From positions 22,196,001 to 22,260,000 of the forward strand of contig CATNEN010000001.1 of NCBI GenBank assembly GCA_950097015.1: 64,000 nucleotides of DNA, given 5' to 3'. Origin of the DNA: Macrostomum hystrix (lineage: Eukaryota > Animalia > Platyhelminthes). A program made the translations under genes and the position numbers. Below are positions 36,001 to 47,961 of the stretch, piece after piece. Each line of letters starts with the position of its first letter. Position 1 is the first letter of the stretch. Under the pieces are notes generated by a model. That model did no database searches and was not told the origin of the DNA. It saw nothing but the letters and a program-made list of their open reading frames with translations.

Positions 36001-39000
36001 TCAGCTGCCGGCGGTCAGACCATCGACCCGGTGCTGCGGCGCTGCACTCAGCTGCTCGACCCCCTGACCCGCGCAATGCCGGGCCTGCTTGAGGCCCTCT
36101 ACCAGATGGCCAAGATTCGCTACCTCCTAGGAGACAACGAGTCCGCCCTAGCCAAGCTGGAAACCTGCATAGACAATGACCCTTCGTTCAGTGCAGCCTT
36201 CCTGTTGAAGGCGCAGATCCTGGTTCACCAGGGCAACCTCAGACTGGCTGAACAGGCCCTGGACAATGCCCTGAGTCACAATTTTGAAGTGCGAGAATCT
36301 CCGGTTTATCATCTCACCCTGGCTAAGGTGCTTAAGGGGCAGAAACGATTGGATGAAGCTATTCAGAGTCTGCAGGCCGCCGTTAAACTAATCAGCGCTG
36401 CTCAGCAGGTAATTCTTTGAGCTTGTATTCGATCTCAGGCTGCAGGAATTCCCTGACCTTTTATGAACATATACGAAATTCATTAATTAACTGTACATAT
36501 AGGAATTCCCCTTTCCTAATCATGCATCCGGGAATTCCCGAAATTTATAGTGCATACGGGAATTCCCTGAATTAACTGCACGCACAAGGATTCCCTTAAC
36601 CTAGTTATGCATACGAGAATTTCCTTAAACGAAAAGAGAATCGTGCGAATGGGATTTCCCTCAACCGCCTGTACACACGGGAATTCCCTAAACCAACTTT
36701 ACACACGGGAATTCCCTAAACCAACTTTACACCCGGGAATTCCCTAAACCAACTTTACACACGGGAATTCTCTAAACCAACTTTACACACGGGAATTCCC
36801 AAAACCAACTTTACACACGGGAATTCCCTAAACCAACTTTACACCCGGGAATTCCCTAAACCAACTTTACACACGGGAATTCTCTAAACCAACTTTACAC
36901 ACGGGAATTCCCAAAACCAAGTGTACACACGGGAATTCCCAAAACCAACTGTACACACGGGAATTCCCTAAACCAACTTTACACACGGGAATTCCCTAAA
37001 CCAACTTTACACACGGGAATTCCCTAAACCAACTTTACACACGGGAATTCCTAAAACCAACTGTACACACGGGAATTCCCTAAACCAACTTTACACATGG
37101 AAATTCCCATAACCTAATCGTGCATTCGGAATTCCCTGAATTGCCTTTTCTCTTGTCTCGTTCTAGCACGCAGCCTCCAAAAAGACTCCGCAGCAGCAGC
37201 AGCAGCCGCAGCAGAAGTCGCTGCAAGCCCAACAGCTCACCAGCGCTGACCGCCTGAGTGTCTACCTGGAGTTGGCCGAAGTCTACCGACTAGCCGATCG
37301 ACCGCACGAAGCCACGAAGGTGTTGCAGGACGCTCAGAACGACTTCTCTGGCTCGCCGGAGGAGGTCCGCGTCACCATCAGCAATGCCGATCTGGCTCTG
37401 CAGCGCGGAGACGTCGAGATGGCCTTGGGCACCCTGCGAACTGTCACTCCGGACCAGGCCTACTTCACCGAGGCCAGGAAGCGAATGGCCGACATCTACC
37501 TGAACCACAGAAAGGTAAGGATAGGACTGTCAGATCCCTTTACTCAAGCTGTCAGATCCGATAAGTCACACTGTCAAATCCCTGCAGTCAGACTGTCAGA
37601 TCCCATCAGATCCCACCAGTCTTCCCATCAGACCCATCAGATCCCCATCAGTCATCCCATCAGACCCATCAGATCCCCATCAGTCATCCCATGAGACCCA
37701 TCAGATCCCCATCAGTCATCCCATCAGACCCATCAGATCCCCATCAGTCATCCCATCAGACCCATCAGATCCCCATCAGTCATCCCATCAGACCCATCAG
37801 ATCCCCATCAGTCATCCCATCAGACCCATCAGATCCCCATCAGTCATCCCATCAGACCCATCAGATCCCCATCAGTCATCCCATCAGACCCATCAGATCC
37901 CCATCAGTCATCCCATCAGACCCCCATCAGATCCCCATCAGTCATCCCATCAGATCCCATCAGATCCCCATCAGTCATCCCATCAGATCCCCATCAGTCA
38001 TCCCATCAGACCCATCAGATCCCCATCAGTCATCCCATGAGACCCATCAGATCCCCATCAGTCATCCCATCAGACCCATCAGATCCCCATCAGTCATCCC
38101 ATCAGACCCATCAGATCCCCATCAGTCATCCCATCAGATCCCATCAGATCCCATCAGATCCCATCAGATCCCATCAGATCCCATCAGATCCCATCAGATC
38201 CCATCAGATCCGTCAGATCCCATCAGTCTTCCCATCATATCCGTCAGATCCCATCAGTCTTCCCCTCAGATCCGTCAGATCCCATCAGTCATCTTATCAG
38301 ATCCCATCAGTCTTCCCATCAGATCCATCAGATCCCCTGTCTGTTGCGCAGGACAAGCGGCTGTACGCAGCCTGCTACCGGGAGCTGGCGGAGAAAATGC
38401 AGACCCCGGAGACGGACCTGCTGCTGGCAGACGCGTACATGGCAATCCAGGAGCCCGAGAAGGCCATCGAGATCTACGAGAGCGTGCTGAAGCGCAACAG
38501 CAGAGACGCAGCGCTTGCTACCAAGATGGGCCAGGCGCTGGTGAAATGTCACAGCTACAAGAAGGCCGTGACCTACTATGAGCACGCACTCAAATCTGGT
38601 CAGGCCTTTCTAAGATTCGACCTGGCCCAGCTGCTGCTGCGCCTGAAGCAGTTCGACAAGGCCGAGAAGACTCTGGCTGCTGTTGACGAATCCGGCTCGG
38701 ACGACCCATACCAGACGGCCCGCCTGCTGCACCTGCGCTCTCAGGTGTTCAGCCAGCAGAGCCGGACTCAGGAGGCCGCTGACGCCCTGAACTCAGCCAA
38801 GACTCTGCTCACCAAAGCTCTGCGTCGAGGCACCGAGAATGGCGACGAAGAGCAGGTGAGAATTGGTCCTAGTTATCGATGCCAAGCTTGATAGTTTTAG
38901 AATGTTGCAGCCTACTCACGTGTAGAAGGTCGAGGGTTCGATTCTCGACTTCTGTCCTTTAGCAAGACACTACTCTGCATCGCCATTAGCTGTGGTAATT

Positions 39001-42000
39001 AGGTGGGGTCTCCCCCTGTTCCATGGACTGAACAGCCGTACACGCACATGTGCTGTGTAATCCATATTTTGACTAATATAATTATAGTTCATACTCTAGC
39101 TCGTATTATTAGTTCGAGTTTCTATAGTCCCTGAAAAATAATATTCCAATAATCAGATTTTCAATATTTTCTAAAAATCTATAAAAATCCCGATTCCCTA
39201 AATTAACATTTTTATCTACTGCCACTGGTTCCCAATGCTCGTATATCCTAGCGAATACTCGATTTTAAAGTCTAATTATAATAGAATTCACTAAAGAGAT
39301 TAGGTTCCTAAAATCCCAATTGCTGGTATCAGAAGTCGTGAAATCCCCTGTTCCCCAAGAACTGATCCAAATTACCAATTAAGATCCCAAAATCTGGATT
39401 CCCTAGAATTTAAATCCTTCAGATCCTGAGATTATTAAGAGTACTAACTATTGTTGTGTATCCGCTAATCCCACATTCCCTAATCCCACATCCCCTAATC
39501 CCAAATTCCCTAATCCCACATCCCCTAATCCCACATCCCCTAATCCCACATCCCCCTAATCCCACATCCCCGCTCAGATCCGGCAGCTGAAGGAGCGAGT
39601 TCACCTGGAAGCGGCCCGTCTGGCCAGGGACCGGGCTGACCTGGACTCCGCCAAGCAGCTGTACGCTGACGCCGGACCAACCGGCGGCCTGGAGCTGGTG
39701 CGGCTGCTGATGTCCCAGGACGACTTGGACACTGCGCAGCAGCACGCAATGCGACTGGTGGCCAAGAATCCTGACGATGATCAGGCCGTGTTCCTGCTGG
39801 CCGAGCTGCTGTGCCAGCAGGGCGACCTTCAACAAGCGGCTTATCACTACAGGTCAGATATTCGTAAAGCCTTGATTTCATATTCATTTAATAGGTACGA
39901 TCTGAGGACCAATCATCCATCAATGCTAGAATCCCATGATCCCTAATCCATCAATGCTAAGATCCCATGGTCCCTAATCCATCAATGCTAGAATCCCATG
40001 ATCCCTAATCCATCAATGCTAGGATCCCATGATCCCTAATCCATCAATGCTAGAATCCCATGTTCCCTAATCCATCAATGCTAAGATCCCATGATCCCTA
40101 ATCCATCAATGCTAGAATCCCATGATCCCTAATCCATCAATGCTAGAATCCCATGTTCCCTAATCCATCAATGCTAGAATCCCATGTTCCCTAATCCATC
40201 AATGCTAGAATCCCATGATCCCTAATCCATCAATGCTAAGATCCCATGATCCCTAATCCATCAATGCTAGAATCCCATGTTCCCTAATCCATCAATGCTA
40301 GAATCCCATGTTCCCTAATCCATCAATGCTAGGATCCCATGATCCCTAATCCATCAATGCTAGAATCCCATGATCCCTAATCCATCAATGCTAGGATCCC
40401 ATGATCCCTAATCCATCAATGCTAGAATCCCATGATCCCTAATCCATCAATGCTAGAATCCCATGATCCCTAATCCATCAATGCTAGGATCCCATGATCC
40501 CTAATCCATCAATGCTAGAATCCCATGATCCCTAATCCATCAATGCTAAGATCCCATGATCCCTAATCCATCAATGCTAGAATCCCATGATCCCTAATCC
40601 ATCAATGCTAGAATCCCATGTTCCCTAATCCATCAATGCTAAGATCCCATGATCCCTAATCCATCCATGCTAGAATCCCATGATCCCTAATCCATCAATG
40701 CTAGAATCCCATGTTCCCTAATCCATCAATGCTAGGATCCCATGATCCCTAATCCATCAATGCTAGAATCCCATGATCCCTAATCCATCAATGCTAAGAT
40801 CCCATGATCCCTAATCCATCAATGCTAGAATCCCATGATCCCTAACCACTGGTACAATAATCCAATGCCCCTAAACGGATCCCTAATCAGTCGTTATTTA
40901 ACCCCTGACCGTCCCACTATTGGAGCAAATCCCTATCCCAAACTGCCGCCTGTTGCAGGCAGCTGCTGCAGTCTCGCCCGGACAACTACCCGGCCGTGGC
41001 TCGCCTCATTGACGTCCTACGACGCCTTGGCCGCATGGAGGAGGCGGCGCCATTCGTCCAGGCCCAGTCCGGTCGAGCTCGCGTCGACGGCGGCTTCTGC
41101 TACTGCCGCGGCCTGTACGAATGGCACTGCGGCAACGCTGGCGAGGCGCTGCGGCAGCTGAACAGGGCCAGGCTGGACTCGGACTTTCAGCACGAGGCCG
41201 TGTTCTGCATGGTGGAGATCTGCATTAACCCAGACAACAATACCTTGGGCGGAGAGCTGTTCGACTCTGGGTGAGACGCCATGTTGATTTGGAAATTCCA
41301 TTCACTGTGCAAGATTATATTTTATTTGTAAGGGGAATCCAACTGGGGAATCTCATTTGTTTGTGAGGGAAATCCAATGTAACTAGGAATTCCCTTTTTA
41401 TGAGGGTAATCCAACTGGGAATTACCATCCTTTTTTGGGGAATCCTCATAGGATGCCCCATATATTTTTAAGGGGAATCCAAAAAGTGATCCCATTTATT
41501 TTTGTGAGAATTTATCTGGAAATTCACATTTGTTTGTCATCGGAATCCAATTAGGAGTTCCCGTTTATTTGCGAGGAGAATCCAGTTGGGATTTCTCTAT
41601 TGGATAGGCAGAAAATTCGAAGTTATTAATAACCCAATTGTGCTCTCCAGCGACATGCCAGCCGGCGACGCCGAGTCGATGGGGCTGCGCACGGCGGAGC
41701 GGCTGCTGCACGAGTTGAAGCCGCGCGGAGGCGTCGGTGGCAACGCGGCCCGCCTGCGCGCCGAGTACCTCAAAGCCATGGTTCTGGTGGCCGGCAAGCA
41801 AAAGGCAGGCGCCGACAAGGCCGTCCAGACGTTCAGCCAGATGCTGAGCCAGGACAAGAACTACGTGCCGGCGATCTACGGCCTCGCGGCTGCCTACATG
41901 GTGGCGAAGAACAGCGCGAAGGCTCGAAGCACCCTGAAGCCGCTAGTGACGGTCACGTGGTCCCTGGAGTTCGCCGACGAGCTGGAGAAGGGCTGGCTGC

Positions 42001-43521
42001 TGCTGGCCGACATGAGCGTCCAGTCTGGTGGCAGCCGGTCGGAGGGCGCCCAGGAGCTGCTGGGCAAAGTGCTGCAACACAACAAGGCCTGCTACAAGGC
42101 CTACGAATACCTGGGATTTCTCACGGAGAAGGAGCAGAACTACCGGGATGCGGCTAGGAACTATGAGCTGGCCTGGCGCTACTCCAACCAGACCAACCCG
42201 GCCATCGGCTTCAAGCTGGCCTTCAACTACCTCAAGGCCAAGAAGCTGGTGGAGGCTGTGGACATCTGCCACATTGTGAGCCACCTGACAGGCTGGGAGA
42301 TAAGAGTGGGGAGAATGGATGAGTGGATTCTGTGGAGAGTGGGGAGAGGGAGAAGCATGGAAAGTATGGGGGAGCATGAGGAGTATGGGGAGAATAGGGA
42401 GTATGGGGACAATAGGGAGCATGGGGAGAATAGGGAGTATGGGGACAATAGGGAGCATGGGGAGAATAGGGAGTATGGGGGAGAACTCGGAGCATGGAAA
42501 GTATGGGGAGCATGAGGAGTATGGGGAGAATAGGGAGCATAGGGAGCATGGAGAAAATTGGGAGCATGGGAACAATAGGGAGCATGGGGACAATAGGAAG
42601 CATGGGGAGAATAGGGAGCATGGGGAGAATAGGGAGCATGGGGAGAATAGGGAGCATAGGGAGCATGGAGAAAATTGGGAGCATGGGAACAATAGGGAGC
42701 ATGGGGACAATAGGGAGCATGGGAACAATAGGGAGCATGGGAACAATAGGGAGCATGGGGAGAATAGGGAGCATGGGGAGCATGGAGAAAATTGGGAGCA
42801 TGGGAACAATAGGGAGCATGGGGACAATAGGGAGCATGGGAACAATAGGGAGCATGGGGACAATAGGGAGCATGGGAACAATAGGGAGCATGGGAACAAT
42901 AGGGAGCATGGGAACAATAGGGAGCATGGGAACAATAGGGAGCATGGGGACAATAGGAAGCATGGGGAGAATAGGGAGCATGAGGAGTATGGGGAGAATA
43001 GGGAGCATGGAGAAAATTGGGAGCATGGGGACAATAGGAAGCATGGGGAGAATAGGGAGCATGAGGAGTATGGGGAGAATAGGGAGCATGAGGAGTATGG
43101 GGAGAATAGGGAGCATAGGGAGCATGGAGAAAATTGGGAGCATGGGGACAATAGGGAGCATGGGGACAATAGGGAGCATGGGGACAATAGGGAGCATGGG
43201 GAGAATAGGTAGTATGAGGAGAACTCGGAGCATGGAAAGTATGGGGAGCATGAGGAGTATGGAGAGAATAGGGAGCATGAGGAGTATGGAGAGAATAGGG
43301 AGCATGAGGAGTATGGGGACAATAGGGAGCATGGGGACAATAGGGAGTATGGAGAGAATAGGGAGTGTGAGTGTGGGAAGAACATGCAGATTGAGGAGGA
43401 TATAGAGAATAGCTTTCACAGCGGCACTCTGTCCCATCTCCAGGTGCTGAAGAACCACCCGACTTATCCGAAGATCAAGAAGGAGATCCTTGACAAGGCA
43501 CGGCAGCAGATCAGGGCCTGA
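29797..43521 (+). CDS. TTC21B: IFT-A subunit IFT139/TTC21B; 12 exons: 29797-30228, 30630-31007, 31307-31405, 32424-32714, 35066-35173, 35905-36408, 37167-37514, 38352-38855, 39578-39852, 40959-41270, 41651-42275, 43444-43521
   Basis: TPR-rich; [93 protein letters not shown]-terminus [20 protein letters not shown]. Splice phases are consistent. Confidence 0.95.
30235..30520. repeat. About 28-bp degenerate minisatellite, TTC21B intron 1
   Basis: CCAAATAAGGACCGTTGCTATGCGGTTA units. Confidence 0.85.
31093..31280. repeat. 42-bp minisatellite, TTC21B intron 2
   Basis: TAATGGGATCTTTATCCTGGTGGCATTTCAGCCGTGGGAGTC in about 4.5 copies. Confidence 0.85.
31790..32412. repeat. C-rich degenerate minisatellite, TTC21B intron 3
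   Basis: AAGAATCCGCTCCTTCCGCCCCC-type units running up to the acceptor. Confidence 0.85.
33583..34267. repeat. 26-bp G-rich minisatellite, TTC21B intron 4
   Basis: GGGGGCGGAAAGAGAGGGTTCTATAA tandem units. Confidence 0.95.
34310..34650 (-). mobile_element. tRNA-derived SINE family B, near full length
   Basis: Minus strand reads GGGGTCGGTGGCAGAGCGGTTAACGCG (A box)...GAAGTTCGATTTC (B box)...CTGCAA(TTA)n tail. Other copies at about 19125, 43950, 48690, 53020 (-) and 61378 (+). Confidence 0.8.
35190..35810. repeat. TTCGATTC-based degenerate minisatellite, TTC21B intron 5
   Basis: TTTCTTCATTCGATTCCTCGACGATTCTTCGTCAG units. Confidence 0.85.
36670..37110. repeat. 28-bp minisatellite with palindromic GGGAATTCCC core, TTC21B intron 6
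   Basis: ACACACGGGAATTCCCTAAACCAACTTT tandem, with degenerate copies back to about 36440. Confidence 0.9.
37595..38337. repeat. 32-bp minisatellite built from CCCATCAGA subunits, TTC21B intron 7
   Basis: Direct tandem repeats. Confidence 0.92.
39465..39571. repeat. 15-bp repeat (CCCCTAATCCCACAT) abutting the exon 9 acceptor
   Basis: About 7 copies. Confidence 0.85.
39915..40845. repeat. 31-bp minisatellite, TTC21B intron 9
   Basis: TAGAATCCCATGATCCCTAATCCATCAATGC in about 30 copies. Confidence 0.95.
42350..43365. repeat. 18-bp (9-bp subunit) G/A-rich minisatellite, TTC21B intron 11
   Basis: GAGCATGGGGAGAATAGG variants; source of the long repetitive pseudo-ORFs. Confidence 0.95.
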
Positions 43522-45959
43522 GTTCCTAACCTGCTCAGCTTGAGCATAGTGACCTTTTTTAAACATGGTATGCTTGTCTCGTAATGCATATTTTTATAAC
43601 ATTCTTTCAAATTGATCGTTCAATGCTTGTGTTTTGTTTTACTGTTTTTCTCAGCTTTCTTATCTGCCGTTTCCGTCCATTAGAAACCAATTTTGAATTG
43701 ATAATTTTTCTTACGAAAGCTTTGGCTGTGTTACTTATTGGTTACAACCACATATTAAAATATGTTCCCTTCGATTTAGGCTGTGTCCTTTGTTTTACTA
43801 TTTGTGTGCAAATATACAGAAGTTTCTGTGATGGTGTCACGAGTCCCAATAATAAACTGCACTCCTAGCTCGTATTTTTTAATGTCTTGAATTCACAATC
43901 GAACTTTTTTATCTTTATTATTAAAGATAATCGCCATAACAATTGATTAATATTTGCTGGAGGGCTGTGAGGCAATATGGCACATCATTTGGTGACAGCC
44001 CCTGACTTTCTCATCGTCAGGCAGTGTACACTCTCACTGTGACGGAGCTGTGAAGTTTCCAGCGACTGCACTTCGCAGTCAGAGACGGGCTGAGCTCATC
44101 GACCACGAGCTGATAAGCTGATCGATTTCTTCAAAAATGTTAAGGAGGCTGATTTGCGCCGAAATTGCACTACGTGGATAGGATATTTTACTTCTGCACC
44201 AATTCATGAAGCAGACCTCTCAGCTCTCTCTCTCTATTTGTTGGATTTGGGATTGGTGAGCTGAGTATTTGGGGGGATGGTAGCGTAAGTTATGAGGGTG
44301 AGAATAGGTACTCGTATTTTCCACGCTGTTCGGGTTATACCTAAGGTAGCGCTAATGCCCGAGCGGCAAGACACTAGCTACTAACAATGGGGGGAGAATC
44401 GACTGCTGCTGGCACGAGGGCTAAGGTCACTGATCTGGGGCACACAGTCCGTGGGGCGTATCAGGATGGATCGAAGTTGCCTGGTGAACGTCCTTCGCAC
44501 TCTCACTTACTTTCCTCTATGGGGTCCGGAATTAGTACAGTTTCATTAGGGGGATAAAGGCGGAGTTTTGGGACTTCAGGGGGGTATTTAGGGAAACTTA
44601 GGTGGACTTCAGATAGACTTCAGGTGGACTTTTAGATGGGATTTTAGGGCGGTATATTGAGGTTTCAAAGGGGTCATATAATAGGGTGGATTTGGGTGAA
44701 GAAGGCTGATGAGAGATCAATGGGAGAGGATTGGGGAGGTAAAGGGATCTATCTGTTTTACTCCTATTAGGAAAATAACTAAGGAACTCGGTTTATTTAA
44801 TAGCGAAACAGGGAAAGAGGTAGGAAGTATATACGAATCGCTTATATTTCGTATAGGTTGTATCGAACGTAGAGCTAAACGTTGAGAACGTATAGCAGGT
44901 CAAACAGGTAAAGATCGCATTATATTCTTCTCTGTATATATATATCAAAATTAGGGTGGGTGCATGTCCCGCTTGAGTGCGCATACAACGAACAAAGAGC
45001 GCTGCGTGAGGTTACGACAAATAGCTAGCGCGTGAGAAAAAGTGGCGGGAATTCAAAATGCAAAAGTGTCTCAATTATTCACTGCCTCATTCAGTTGGGG
45101 CAAAGGCTCATGTTTTGATATTAGTTTCATTTTGTGAATTATTGGGTCTATTAAAGAACAGAAGCGAACGTGTTGAGCAGATTGCAGGACAGTCACAGGC
45201 GCGAACTCTAGCCGTTCACCTTAGTTCCATATATATTGTGCCAGACCGGCATGATTCAGCAAATACTCGAGATAGCAATAGGGTGGAGGATGGGTGGTCG
45301 CGTACGACACATCGAAGTAAATAACAGCGGCGGGGGTGGCGCGCGCGCACTTAAATAAACTGAACTAACAACGGCCGTGACTGCACTAACAATTGTCATA
45401 GACCGACACATTTATTTATAGCTTCATTGATTTCTGTCAAGCTTTGTTTGTGAATAGCATCGATTTCATACTCTTTTTTTCTGTACATGCCCTACCCTGT
45501 GCCTAAAAATGCATTTAGCCCCTAAAACTGGGGTCGGCAAACTTATTAACGTGCGGGCCACGGAGAGAACCTAAAAGACGAAAGTGGGCCGCATTGCTGT
45601 AGGAATATGAGAACGGAGAGAGATAAGACGGGGAGATGAGACAGGGATGGATGAGAAAGGGAAGAGATAAGAACGAGGAGAGAAGTATATCAGCAAAGTT
45701 CACTCCGAAAGGACCCACAAAGGAAGGAATGCGTAGCATAGAGAGGAAAATTTTCTATCTTCGTAATATATTTTCTTTCCGCAAAAACCTGCCTCCTAAA
45801 CTTTTTCTAAGAAACGTAGTTTACTATCCTTCTATTCGTAGTGGTCCTTGCCACTGGGCGATTCTCTCCACCTCCTCGCTGCATCCCTTCAGGCTAATCA
45901 GCCGAGCTGGCGAGCTCAAGGAAAACCATCACGCCCTGGTATCCAATGGAGTCTGACGG

Positions 45960-47390
45960 TATTTTTACCGGCCAGATTGTTGAGCTGCCAGACGCAGACT
46001 GAGACCGTCCGAGAGGTGTTGGTGATGTGACAGAGGAAGATGTTAGTCCTGCCCGAGATTTTCTTCTCACACAGCTCTGCTGATGGTTAGGATTTCGTTC
46101 TGGAACACACTGCAGTTTTTCCCAGTATGTTAGGCGTAGGTGACGGTTACTTGCCCATTCTCACAGATGCAGACTCCGAAGCCGCATCTTTCATGGATCC
46201 GTCTGTGAGGCAGCGGACCTCCTGGTAGTTCCAGTGGTCATTAGCTTGCTGGGGATGATGATCCTGAAGCGCTGGGAAGATTGAGTGTGCTTGTCTCACC
46301 ATCAGCGAGGATGGCAATTTCGTCGCACATCCCCAGATTCTTTAAGTACAGTTCCGTGTGTGGCAGGAGCTTGCACTTCGCTGCCGCTCTGTGAAGTGTG
46401 AACTTTATCCCCGCTTCGATAAGACGACGGGTGGTTTTCGCTGCTTAGCAGCGGGTAAAGATATCGAGCGGGAGGGTGTTGAGAAAGGTGTTAGGCCCTC
46501 AAAGGGGGCGGATGGCGGGGCGCTCGAAATCATGCGACACACGCGTCTCATGGCAGGTCTTGAGCTGCAGGGCGCTGGCCCAGATCAGTCCGGCGTACGA
46601 GACAGCCGGTTTGACCATAGCAGTGTAGATCCACCACAGGTGCTTGGCGTGAGACCCCAGCAGGTGGTGCCCACCGCACTGTGCAGAATCGCAAAGGCTT
46701 TTTTAGCTTTAGCGTGGACTTGAGGAGACCAGCTAAGCTTATGGTCGAGCGTGATGCCGAGGTATGTAGTTTGCTTCTGGAAATGGCTGTCCTTACCATA
46801 AAGCTGTAGAGGTCGAATCTGCCACTTGTGTCTGATGGTAAACATGATAGCAACTGACTTAGGCTCGGAAAGCTTCAGCCCACAGAGAGTTGCCCGTTTT
46901 TCAGATTTGTTTATAAAATTCTGCGGTATCTGGCACAGGGCCAGATGTCACTGCCGTGACGTCATCCACCTAACCAACCTTAAGGATTGAGTTCGGCTGA
47001 GCGTCTTGAAGGAGCTCGTTGTCGAAGGCCCCTTCGATATCCAGAAAAACGGTGAGACTGTGAGAATAGTATCCAGCGTTTCACCTGGATTTTCGGTGGG
47101 TTCGCCTTCGGCTTTCCTCACCGTTAATAGCTTTGACATTTTGTCTAGGGTAAGACTTGCTTTGAGCTGTTTGTTGTTTTTGGCGTTTCTGACTTCCTTC
47201 AAAGTTGAACCTGAAGGCTTCCCAATCGGTGTACCTCGCAATTGCACGACGAACGCCTGCCAGAAGGGAAGATATGAAATTGTGGTCAGACAGTTGCTTC
47301 GGGCAGCAGCTTTCACTCCCTGATGCTCTGGAAGAGCCTAGGTGGGGCAAGTTTAGCGTCGATCACCTCCGTTCGTCGACCATTAATTGA
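45960..47390 (-). mobile_element. Decayed non-LTR retrotransposon (LINE) fragment with RT C-terminus and RNase H
   Basis: Frameshifted pieces: ENPGETLDTIL, TTYLGITLDHKLSWSPQV...WGLTP (RT end/connector), and LTDGS plus CSVFQNEI (RNase H), as in Loa/Lian-type LINEs. Confidence 0.75.
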
Positions 47391-47961
47391 AAGGTGGAAT
47401 ATTTCCTGAGTTGCAAAATGTCCTCGCTGCATGCCTGTGGGTCTTATAATGTGCCATTGCCCGCAGCCCTCCTGCAATTATTACTATATATTATTTTCAT
47501 TTCTAGTGCAATCTGTTGTTCAATACAGTGCAGGTCTTTCTTGTGCGAGCCGATCGATAAAATCTGGGGTTTGGAAAATAGCTTTAGTGCACACAGGAGG
47601 CAAAGACCGTATGAAAGATAAACTATAATTTGTACATGTGGCGCCGCGTAATATAATCGCGTTTTTCTTAGCTTAAGTAATTCTAACGTGTTTACCTCAT
47701 ATTTTGGTATAGAAAGCAAAAAGAATTGGCTGCACAGCAATGCTATGAAATGAATAATGGAATGCGCCTCACACCCGCACAATTTTTCTTTCTTGCCTTC
47801 ACTCTCACATACGAGTATTAATAAACTGAGTGGCATGCTCGAAGCAGAATAAAATATCAGCTGACAAAAAAGTGGCATTTATCGGTGCCATATATCCTCT
47901 CAGGCCGATTTGGCTGCTTTAACACTTTCATCCCTACTCTATTTGGGAAATATTTTCCAGC

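Noticed and set aside
37691-38340. Pro/Ser/His-rich ORFs (also 7337-8014, 31638-32345, 35189-35818)
   Set aside because: Stop-free minisatellite frames inside introns
41943-43566. Long ORFs of 300-480 aa on both strands
   Set aside because: Translations of the 18-bp intron 11 minisatellite, partly antisense to TTC21B exons
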